A stretch of 35,727 bases of DNA, taken from contig JACQJM010000102.1 of the NCBI GenBank assembly GCA_016205045.1, forward strand, positions 1-35,727, written 5' to 3'. This document shows, piece after piece, positions 10,001 to 15,636 of the stretch; the first letter of the stretch is position 1, and each line of letters begins with the position of its first letter. This DNA is from Elusimicrobiota bacterium. GTDB lineage: Bacteria > Elusimicrobiota > Elusimicrobia > JACQJN01. The notes below the pieces were generated by a model. That model did not search any database and was not told the origin of the DNA. It saw only the letters and a program-made list of their open reading frames with translations. The position numbers and the translations under genes were made by a program.

Positions 10001-11866
10001 TCCTATGGAAACCTGTACCTGAAAAACTACTCCTATGCCAATAATTACTATAACGCTAGAATCATAGGTTCAGGACAGGACACATTCACGGGCGAGACTT
10101 GGGGATTTGACGATTTGGGAAATTCAACTCCCGGGAGTGGGTTATATATGGAAAACGCGAACCTCACCACTTTCAAGGAGATCAAGATAAACCGGGGAGA
10201 TGGAGGAATGGACGATCTGAGTCAGTTACAATTGAACAAGGCAGTAAGTCTGCTCTCCTATAACCAGAATTATGATACGGGAACAATAAGGCTATGGGGA
10301 AACTATACTGTTTCTGCAGGCTCTATTCTCACATTGAGTCATATGTCCTTGTACAGTAGCGAAGCCACCAACTTCAAGCTTATGCGCGGGGTGGGCCACT
10401 CCGCTACAGTAAATGGCTATTACGGCGGGGTCATATCCCAGCTCATCACCATTTATCGTCAGCAGAGTAGCAGTGGCAGCGGCAGATGGGTGGTGATGGG
10501 TTCCAGCTCCGGTCTTATGGGGTTCTTTACAGGTTCCATAAACGGTCAAATGTTTCCTGCTTCTGACCCTCAAATTTCACTCACTTTCACAGAGGGGCCC
10601 GCCCCTCAGGGCATGGACTCCCTGGATTTTGTTTTAGTTGCAGGATCAAACGATTTCAACGTGCCCAAAAAACTCCTGTTTGGAGCCAGCTATGACCCCA
10701 GCACGGGCCAAACAGTTCCCTCCAAACTGACCATAGCTCCCAATGGCGCATTTAATTTGTCGAGCGGCTTATATATTGATCGTGCCATTATGGATACACT
10801 AAGTCCGGACGTCCCCAACTATACATTCATAAATAACGGGGACCTGACATTGTCCCGAGCCCAAATAAACAACGCAGATGAGAAGGGGCTACAGTTGTCG
10901 GGTGGGGGGCAGATCAATATGAACTTCACCACATTTGACTACTCTGGTGCGCCCCTGAACCCCGGCGCATCCAATGTCTCCACATACATCACCGCCCGGG
11001 ACCTCACGAGCCAGACCACATTCGATGGTCTCACATTCAATAACTCAGGAGCTCCCGCCGGAGCAATACTGTGCAATGTCCGCGTCCTAGGGGACGATTC
11101 CGGTCTGAGTTGGACCATGACAAATCACTCCGGGCCCAGATCCGGGGAAGCCTACAACGACGATCTCCACAACAAGGTCATCTGGGCCACACCCTCCCCC
11201 ACCCCGCCCGCGGCCGCTCAGCCTGTAGACACCATGCCTCCCACCGTTTCCATCATAAATCCCGCAAACGGAGATGCCGTTTCGGGGGAGTCTGTTCAAA
11301 TTTCCGCACAGTCCTCGGATGACACGGGCGTTGTAGGGGTACAATTTAAGTTGGATGGGAATAATTTAGGGGTCGAAGTCACCACAGCCCCTTTCAGCAT
11401 ACTCTGGAACACCACTTCAACCGCTAACGGTTCTCATGTGATCACGGCTACTGCCAGGGACGCGGCGGGAAACATCGCCACCTCCTCTCCCATCCAGGTG
11501 ACCGTTGAAAATATTGTCCTTAAAAAACCCAAACTTGGCAGCGTGAACCTCATGCGATCCGATGGCTCGGTCATCGCTTTGGATGGCCCCGGAAGCCCCA
11601 GGGCTCTCATGATCAGCCAGCGCAATGGGATGAATCAGCAACTTGAGTTTGGTCCTGAGGTGGTTAAGGCCTCGATTGTGGATTTGAGGGGCCGAGAGAT
11701 TTTCCAGGCAGAAAGTCAAGCAGGAAACCCCATTATTTTCACCCTCCAGCAGGCAGGGGGTAGACTCCTGTGCGAATCGGGCTTGCTTCTGATTCAAATA
11801 CAGACCCAGGACCTAGCGACCCAACAAAGACGCAAGCTTGTAAAGCCTCTGGTGTGTGCGAAGTAG
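4061..11866 (+). CDS. 2601-aa secreted multidomain protein: amidase-like head, 3 Ig-like repeats, two tandem G8 + parallel beta-helix (PbH1) modules, Ig-like domain, conserved C-terminal tail
   Basis: Single uninterrupted ORF. Signal peptide MKSRPVIAATFGIALLYGATPLFSQ. Domain motifs are listed in the sub-features below. Confidence 0.9.
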   Translation: MKSRPVIAATFGIALLYGATPLFSQGYDPGPAVSYADRWCGNDTGCGQYPYHNTSSVYDPTYGTTFHDPTYYNTYGLDPGDGVGDDCANFVSQALIAGGLDAEIKSFLSTWSSSDRVNYAGRQFTPANPDTGPLNPPMPGIGSGGVFGTVANATLIKLKDFLNNSFHAEYTKGKIPDNLGMGDVVLVACDACSGVGPLHHSMLVTEGLGVNAKVSYHSRDTFHQPLGEFFSDYPESLAFSHFFHLTRTVPFVKSRMILQGTNTIYQSQWGEAVGGRRDFNLLANASAVSNQDLSITLDFNESMKWVGVSATGPGGGAAVHVAGNFTDVTQTRWQGILTAAQVTQNNLIGTVTLSIEGFNFASSSYRLDSFPGTIAAWNGSGFSGYEDEFGNDTGGGKDILTININSCGTPNSLQEGGSNMAVLDSAEGSCSLPPLSVDVSPQSQTGSDNTSVSYSLTITNNDTNSANFALQSEAPPGWATSFNPAMISLAPGGSAGSQLTVSVPLGESPQPYDVIIHAMETTDSVTYTVNAQSFPTLRFDPATQNGTSPGTVNYTVYIKNNNATFGTFSLIATSPSPSWTVSIPPTISLGAGQEGSVNMSVSAPSSLTDGSSYSIMVTATESTNPSNRGSANAIYNIGAPAGSCPSTADPILSLYPTGASPDIYAVSGPTAQTVEYTLTVINNDPSGCRNTTFNLSAQTTPQPPAGWSVTFDPPSLTLQPQQSMNSTVRVTVPANTPANTFTINNLATDSLDSLHQSAPLSAHIIVQDATTFTMFSNKDGNWEDPTIWGGRVPSITNPVLVTHHVTINGEASAKSVWVANDFYPTGTLSFSRSNAGHLTIGEGDFAVNRGGWLDMGTEDLPIPQGIKAEIQFNPTMQHKMLVADGGKLTLWGASKTGWTDATEDALIGASFIRVAGSPVGWSVDDEITIDTERRTIASISGSNPTTIGLSGSLSSNHYIRDRIRVANLTRNVRIGSNPNKIYIHNHSANPGDFSVNSAELYKLGVDPDPGSSQDEISGLFFANQDPPVLTPRPPAQGTVSNSVLKDGLYKTYAAYLIDTSSSAFLNNVIFNNGGGIAMFGSQRNQILSNYIFGNINSGITESGSPNNTFAFNILYANAHGISLGWESNTVLSNIATRNSLNGLDIQRPSNTVVDNYSFGNGTDFRGQGEVIGGALGYDEQGGPYPATTQEIVNVSGYAFLPLILRHAHLNPTTHRETNPNSGILSYNQDQDMGTVRLWGQYTVPGSTLSLDYSAPLFMSAATIPILMKGIGHAASVVSTNNDMAVTQLVSIRYESGLWRVEGSKTRVLGNFSGSITNQPFPSDSPPQFNLTFVQGGSPQEGDLIHFVLIAGSKDENRQKKLLVGPSSPSVNGGRSKLTIDPNGEFRMVGSTSLPSIMDRIDGSSPYYTFVNSGAITLSYAQINNTDEKGLQISGSGVVSVDHATFDFAGQDGSGVSSYITARDLTSQATLKAIQFNNSRPNTTLYNIQVLGNDSGLDWTIRGYGGPKAGPQFSYPPNTSKIKWDPTVESAHSGLWSDPGTWLGGLVPDGLRPVQVSAGHVVTVNNTQASAGPVNIYGTLSFSRTVSSQLTLTGGDIVVHPGGHLDIGKQDSSIPGSVKATLVLALGSYAGQYGLKVLNGGRFTVRGALKYASGRVVSNDAPAGTTSITVDLGWTPNRTARPWAVGDEITIGPASQDSMFQDEVERRIITAVSGFNPVTITFSPALNYAHTLNTTLCAQFCDYVYTIPTPVVVTNLTRNVLVRSQGTNIFTNTAYIENQSQDPNGFWVYDGEFAYLGRGIKMNSNPDFYLGGITFHNAARGTMAHSTIRDGYHGILSYDDPGGPSENALSFHSNLIGFNYYGATLMGSSGNTLQGNHIFSNISYGVSLEDSSKNTLSKNEIYSNGNRFDNSNGVNLRLPWYDVGHAKISRENTLVENRIFSNRGSGIEVNLQTPDRNPLDSNSLVSNKIYMNGEQGLFVNTSYGNLYLKNYSYANNYYNARIIGSGQDTFTGETWGFDDLGNSTPGSGLYMENANLTTFKEIKINRGDGGMDDLSQLQLNKAVSLLSYNQNYDTGTIRLWGNYTVSAGSILTLSHMSLYSSEATNFKLMRGVGHSATVNGYYGGVISQLITIYRQQSSSGSGRWVVMGSSSGLMGFFTGSINGQMFPASDPQISLTFTEGPAPQGMDSLDFVLVAGSNDFNVPKKLLFGASYDPSTGQTVPSKLTIAPNGAFNLSSGLYIDRAIMDTLSPDVPNYTFINNGDLTLSRAQINNADEKGLQLSGGGQINMNFTTFDYSGAPLNPGASNVSTYITARDLTSQTTFDGLTFNNSGAPAGAILCNVRVLGDDSGLSWTMTNHSGPRSGEAYNDDLHNKVIWATPSPTPPAAAQPVDTMPPTVSIINPANGDAVSGESVQISAQSSDDTGVVGVQFKLDGNNLGVEVTTAPFSILWNTTSTANGSHVITATARDAAGNIATSSPIQVTVENIVLKKPKLGSVNLMRSDGSVIALDGPGSPRALMISQRNGMNQQLEFGPEVVKASIVDLRGREIFQAESQAGNPIIFTLQQAGGRLLCESGLLLIQIQTQDLATQQRRKLVKPLVCAK
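4298..4765 (+). other. putative amidase / NlpC-P60-superfamily-like domain of the giant protein (approximate bounds)
   Basis: GDDCANFVSQALIAGGL (Cys87, codon 4319-4321) and downstream GPLHHSMLVTEG. This resembles the 'putative amidase domain' signature DC-x-NFVSQ. Confidence 0.5.
5360..6362 (+). repeat. three tandem ~100-aa Ig-like (CARDB/NEW3-type) domain repeats (protein level, approximate bounds)
   Basis: Recurrent pattern: SVSYSLTITNNDTNSANFALQSEAPPGWATSF / TVNYTVYIKNNNATFGTFSLIATSPSPSWTVSI / TVEYTLTVINNDPSGCRNTTFNLSAQTTPQPPAGWSVTF. Confidence 0.6.
6381..8634 (+). repeat. module A of the internal tandem duplication: G8-like domain + PbH1 beta-helix repeats + C-terminal beta-rich region
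   Basis: G8-like WEDPTIWGGRVPSITNPVLVTHHVTINGEAS...GTLSFSR...GGWLDMG. PbH1-like NNVIFNNGGGIAMFGSQRNQILSNYIFGNINSGITESGSPNNTFAFNILYANAHGISL. Homologous block by block to module B (LSYNQDQDMGTVRLWGQYTV vs LSYNQNYDTGTIRLWGNYTV; YITARDLTSQATL vs YITARDLTSQTTF). Confidence 0.75.
8651..11193 (+). repeat. module B of the internal tandem duplication (G8-like + PbH1 beta-helix + beta-rich region)
   Basis: WSDPGTWLGGLVPDGLRPVQVSAGHVVTVNNTQASAGPVNIYGTLSFSR...GGHLDIG. PbH1-like NTLQGNHIFSNISYGVSLEDSSKNTLSKNEIYSNGN and NTLVENRIFSNRGSGIEV. The end block AQINNADEKGLQLSG parallels AQINNTDEKGLQISG of module A. Confidence 0.75.
11225..11863 (+). other. C-terminal cassette (Ig-like domain + ~90-aa Cys-terminated tail) shared with the PQQ-propeller protein
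   Basis: PPTVSIINPANGDAVSGESVQISAQSSDDTGVVGVQFKLDG...ARDAAGN, then PRALMISQ...NPIIFTLQQAGGRLLCESGLLLIQ...KPLVCAK-stop. Confidence 0.8.
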
Positions 11867-11867
11867 T

Positions 11868-11884
11868 AGGATTAGACTAATCCT
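11868..11884. terminator. hairpin at convergent junction (AGGATTA-GAC-TAATCCT), possible bidirectional terminator
   Basis: Perfect 7-bp stem with a 3-nt loop. It lies between the giant-gene stop (11864-11866) and overlaps the stop of the minus-strand ATPase gene (11872-11874). No U-tract. Confidence 0.3.
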
Positions 11885-13044
11885 GAAAGCAGCTTATCCC
11901 CTGAAATGATACGGATGCCATCACTCAGCTTGTCTATATTCCCTTTTTTGAGGACCTGATAGCTGAAGGGAATTTTTAGCTTCTCTCGGAAGTATCTCAG
12001 GTTTGAGGAGACCATTTCATCCTGGGTTTTGACTTCCACAGCGAACCATGGTTTTTCATCTATCGTCACCAGAAAATCTACTTCCCGTTTAGAGGTATCA
12101 CGAAGAAAATAGAGGCTGGCTTTATGGCCCTCGCGATCATGTAGCCAATGAACCAGCTTCAAAAGATGAGACCCCACCAGGTTCTCGAACCGGGCAGCCT
12201 CGTTGTGAACCTCCGACCAATCCCAGAGATAAAGCTTGGGTTCTTTCTTGATGGCCCGGAAGGGAGTTCTGGCATACGGGTATATTCGAAAGGGATAGTA
12301 GAAGGCTTCCAGAATATCCAACCAGTGCGAGGCCGCACGGTGACTGAGATCCAGATCTTCCCTGAGTGCATTAACCGACAGGAGAGCCCCCACTCTGGAT
12401 GGGAGCATGTCGCTTAGGACCTGCATCTTACCCAGATCGCGGATGATCTCCACGTCTCGGATGTCCTCGCGGAAGAGTCGCTCGTTGCGTTCGTTGTGCC
12501 AACGCCGCAGAGTTCTCTCATTCTGTGATAAAAGTGGCTCAGGGAACCCGCCATATCGTTCCAAAACCTCGAGGTTACCATTTTTAAGGTCAGGCCCTAT
12601 GGGCAGCTCCTTAAATGGTTCGATCTCGTGCTTTCTGTTCGCCATCTCTCCCAGGGAAAAGGGGTGCAGCCGGTAGTGGTGGTATCGTCCCTGGAGAGAG
12701 TCTCCACCCTTGCGGTAAATATCCAGCCGCGCACTTCCAGTTATGAGGAATCGGTATCTTTCCTTGTGAGCGTCGTACTCGCCTTTAATAAATTGCTTCC
12801 ATCCCTTGAATTTGTGGATCTCATCTAGGATGATCAGATCCGCCGATCCAGGCCATTCTGAAGCCATGACTCGCTGACGTTCCTGCTTATTATCCCAGTT
12901 GAAGTAGGCGGCTTTCTTAAATCGTGCTCCTATGAGGGCCCGGGCCAATGTTGTTTTGCCGACTTGGCGCGGCCCTCCTACAAAGACCATTTTCTGTTGG
13001 AGGTCCTCGGCAATAGGCACGGTTAGATAGCGCTCCTTGAGCAT
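11872..13044 (-). CDS. AAA+ ATPase of the DUF4143 family
   Basis: Walker A VGGPRQVGKTTLARAL, Walker B-like LIILDEIH, and a C-terminal region typical of the ATPase + DUF4143 architecture (EVDFLV...AVEVK). Confidence 0.85.
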   Translation of the reverse strand: MLKERYLTVPIAEDLQQKMVFVGGPRQVGKTTLARALIGARFKKAAYFNWDNKQERQRVMASEWPGSADLIILDEIHKFKGWKQFIKGEYDAHKERYRFLITGSARLDIYRKGGDSLQGRYHHYRLHPFSLGEMANRKHEIEPFKELPIGPDLKNGNLEVLERYGGFPEPLLSQNERTLRRWHNERNERLFREDIRDVEIIRDLGKMQVLSDMLPSRVGALLSVNALREDLDLSHRAASHWLDILEAFYYPFRIYPYARTPFRAIKKEPKLYLWDWSEVHNEAARFENLVGSHLLKLVHWLHDREGHKASLYFLRDTSKREVDFLVTIDEKPWFAVEVKTQDEMVSSNLRYFREKLKIPFSYQVLKKGNIDKLSDGIRIISGDKLLSGLV

Positions 13045-13140
13045 GGGGATAGTATAGTAAAATTTATCCTAAGAGCAAAATTATACACGATCTTTTTTGC
13101 TTATTAGCAAAACTTTACATAGCGTGTGAAATGGCCAATT

Positions 13141-13166
13141 CCCTCACCCCTCACCCCTAATCCCTG
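13141..13166. repeat. C-rich heptamer tandem repeat CCCTCAC CCCTCAC CCCTAAT CCCTG (G-quadruplex motif on the minus strand)
   Basis: Read directly. C-tracts at 13141-43, 13147-50, 13154-57 and 13162-64, with loops of 3, 3 and 4 nt. It lies in the divergent intergenic region. Confidence 0.85.
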
Positions 13167-13285
13167 TCTTATATAGACACCTTCCAAGACACCTTTTTTA
13201 CTGTTTCTTAACCATTTTCTCAGGCAATCTTCAGCTTCAGCGTTCATAATAATAGTAGTACAACAACAGATCGCTTGGAGGGTAC

Positions 13286-15580
13286 ATGCGTTTTACTTTC
13301 TTCCTTTTCTTCGCTTTGAGTTCCTTCGCCGATTTTTCCAAGGCGGGGAATTGGCCGATGTGGAGATACAACGCCGCCCGCAATGGGTATAACTCCTCCG
13401 AAAATAGATTGAGCCCTCCCTTCCAATTGTCCTGGAGAGCACTTTCAGGCCCCGCACTCAATGTAACGATAGAATCCTCCCCGGCCATCGCAAATGGGAA
13501 GGTGTATGTGACATCTGTAAGTGGTGAGGCGTTGTACTGCTTCGACTTGATAAGCGGAACACTGCTCTGGAACACTTCCGGAATCCCTGGGACAACGAGC
13601 TCCCCGTCAGTAGAGAACGGCAAGGTATACTTCCTTTCTTGGGATGGATATCTTTACTGTCTCGACGCGCAAACAGGGGGCTTTCAATGGAGGACTAAAT
13701 TGGCTGATATTCCTCAATCCGGTTTCGAAGTACGACTCCGCGCCTCGCCCATCATCAGGGACGGAAAACTCTATATTGGTACAACCGAGGGATTAGCTTT
13801 AGATGATTATAAACCAGCCCTGTTTACCCTAGATGCCCGAACCGGAGCAGTCCTGGCAAAAAGAGTAATGGAGACTTTTCAGCATCAAATTTACGGGTCG
13901 CCCGCTCTGTATGGAAGTCTATTGTTCGTTGGCGTGGGGGGATATCAACTTGAGGCACCCTTGCTCATGTGCTTTGATGTGAGTCTTCCTTCTCAAATAA
14001 CAAAATTGTGGGAAAGGCCTATGCAGGGCAGGGCCATGAACACCCCTGCCGTTTCCGAGGACGGCATTGTTTTTTACATTCCTTTTGGAAATGGTGGTCC
14101 GAGCCGTATCTTTTCTTTTAGGGCCGACGCGTCAGGAAGCGAGGTGCGGGCCCCATACCTTCTGGATACTCCCGTATACTGGTATATGTCCCCGGCCATC
14201 GCCTATAACAGTCTATATATTGGTGTGAGCTCGAGTTTTCTGTGTATTGATCTGGCGGCTTTTTCCTCAGGAGCCGCCAATCCTATCCGTTGGAGATATG
14301 ATGCTCCCTCGGGTTCTCCCACCTTCATCGGATCTCCTGCCGTCGCCAATGGCTTCGTGTATGCAAGTACGGACGATATCCCGGTTACGGTCCACGAAGG
14401 AGCCTTTCACGGTTTTAATGCCTTTACGGGTGAATCCGCATTCTACTTTGCGGGTGGCGATGGAAGGGGTGTAGGCTCGGCCCAAGGTGGCCCAGCCGTG
14501 GGGGATGGGCACGTGATATTTATCTCATATGATGACGAGGACTCGGGCATATATGGCTATAAGATGGCTCCTTCCCCTTCAGGAGAGCATTTCACGATCA
14601 AGGTTGCCTCTGAATATTTTGTGTTCTATACCACAAACCCAGATACGATCCATAAAGCTTCGAGCGCGTACGATTGTTTATCTAATCCCCAATTTGGTTG
14701 TGACCTCCACGTTAATTTGCACCCTAACGGACTTCTCCACACAGGAACCCGGCCCGATAATCCACGCTGGTCCTGGCATTTCGATGGATGGGATATATGG
14801 ATGGCAGAGCAATCCGCCGAAATCTGCGACGCCAGTCCCAGCTATGTAGAAGCCAATTTATCCACTTTTCTCCAGCAGTCTCAGGGAAGGTATTGTCCCT
14901 GGCAGGGCAGGGTCGTTTACAAAGGGCTCGATTCTGCTCCTCCCAGCGTTTCTATTCTATCTCCTGCCGAATGGGCCACGGTTTCGGGAATAGTCAACGT
15001 ATCCGCATCCGCAACCGATAATGCAGGGGTGGCCGCGATGGAGGCCTATGTGGGGCAGGTCCGCATCGCTTCGACCACCACCAATCCCTGGAACTTCAAA
15101 TGGGATACAAGGCGGATTTCCAATGGCAACAAACAACTGACCATCAAAGCCTTCGACCCTGCCAACAACATGGGCATCCGTACCATCTGGGTAACGGTGA
15201 GCAATTCATCAGGTGGGGGTGGCGGGGGACCGAAGCTTCTTCCCGCCGTGTCTGTGGTGGATCCTCAGAATCCGGATTCTCCCCTCCAGACATTATCCTT
15301 GCAGGAGGGTGAAAGCCCCCGTGCCCTATTGATCAGCTCTCGTGGGAATATAGACCAGAACCTTGTGTTTGGGCCGCAGGTGACTAAGGCTTCGATTGTG
15401 AACTTGAGCGGGAGGCAGATTTTCGAAGCGGAAAGCCAGGGCGGCAATCCCCTCATCTTCACCCTTCAGCAAGCGGGAGGAAAGCTCCTCTGTGAATCGG
15501 GCCTCTTGCTGATTCAGATGCACATCCAAGATGGGGACAACAGAAAAGTGATGGCTAAACCCATGCTGTGTGTGAAGTAG
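13286..15580 (+). CDS. secreted PQQ-like (BamB-type) beta-propeller repeat protein with Cys-rich middle region, Ig-like domain and the shared C-terminal tail
   Basis: SD GGAGGG upstream. Signal peptide MRFTFFLFFALSSFADFSKA. Propeller repeats ANGKVYVTSVSGEALYCFDLISGTLLWN, ENGKVYFLSWDGYLYCLDAQTGGFQWR, RDGKLYIGT...LFTLDARTGAVL. Confidence 0.85.
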   Translation: MRFTFFLFFALSSFADFSKAGNWPMWRYNAARNGYNSSENRLSPPFQLSWRALSGPALNVTIESSPAIANGKVYVTSVSGEALYCFDLISGTLLWNTSGIPGTTSSPSVENGKVYFLSWDGYLYCLDAQTGGFQWRTKLADIPQSGFEVRLRASPIIRDGKLYIGTTEGLALDDYKPALFTLDARTGAVLAKRVMETFQHQIYGSPALYGSLLFVGVGGYQLEAPLLMCFDVSLPSQITKLWERPMQGRAMNTPAVSEDGIVFYIPFGNGGPSRIFSFRADASGSEVRAPYLLDTPVYWYMSPAIAYNSLYIGVSSSFLCIDLAAFSSGAANPIRWRYDAPSGSPTFIGSPAVANGFVYASTDDIPVTVHEGAFHGFNAFTGESAFYFAGGDGRGVGSAQGGPAVGDGHVIFISYDDEDSGIYGYKMAPSPSGEHFTIKVASEYFVFYTTNPDTIHKASSAYDCLSNPQFGCDLHVNLHPNGLLHTGTRPDNPRWSWHFDGWDIWMAEQSAEICDASPSYVEANLSTFLQQSQGRYCPWQGRVVYKGLDSAPPSVSILSPAEWATVSGIVNVSASATDNAGVAAMEAYVGQVRIASTTTNPWNFKWDTRRISNGNKQLTIKAFDPANNMGIRTIWVTVSNSSGGGGGGPKLLPAVSVVDPQNPDSPLQTLSLQEGESPRALLISSRGNIDQNLVFGPQVTKASIVNLSGRQIFEAESQGGNPLIFTLQQAGGKLLCESGLLLIQMHIQDGDNRKVMAKPMLCVK
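14935..15577 (+). other. C-terminal cassette (Ig-like + Gly6 linker + ~90-aa Cys-terminated tail), paralogous to 11225-11863
   Basis: PPSVSILSPAEWATVSGIVNVSASATDNAGV...FDPANN, SSGGGGGGPK, then PRALLISS...NPLIFTLQQAGGKLLCESGLLLIQ...KPMLCVK-stop. Confidence 0.8.
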
Positions 15581-15599
15581 TTTGACCTCCCCTTCTGAA

Positions 15600-15621
15600 A
15601 ATGAGATAATAGAATCTCATT
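15600..15621 (+). terminator. 8-bp perfect hairpin (AATGAGAT-aataga-ATCTCATT) between the propeller gene and ino1; terminator or operator
   Basis: Read directly. There is no trailing U-tract, and a hairpin this size is expected by chance a few times per window. Only its intergenic position supports a function. Confidence 0.2.
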
Positions 15622-15636
15622 CCTCGCCGGAAATCC

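Noticed and set aside
13093-13112. TTTTGCT-tatt-AGCAAAA palindrome (with another AGCAAAA at 13074) as an operator
   Set aside because: The stem is only 7 bp and AT-rich, which is expected by chance several times in a window this size. I mention it only as context for the divergent spacer.
11590-15580. The two similar C-terminal tail sequences considered as a DGR template/variable-repeat pair or a recent gene conversion
   Set aside because: The nucleotide differences are of all types and largely synonymous third-position changes, not adenine-specific. No reverse transcriptase is nearby. The pattern fits ordinary diverged paralogous domains.
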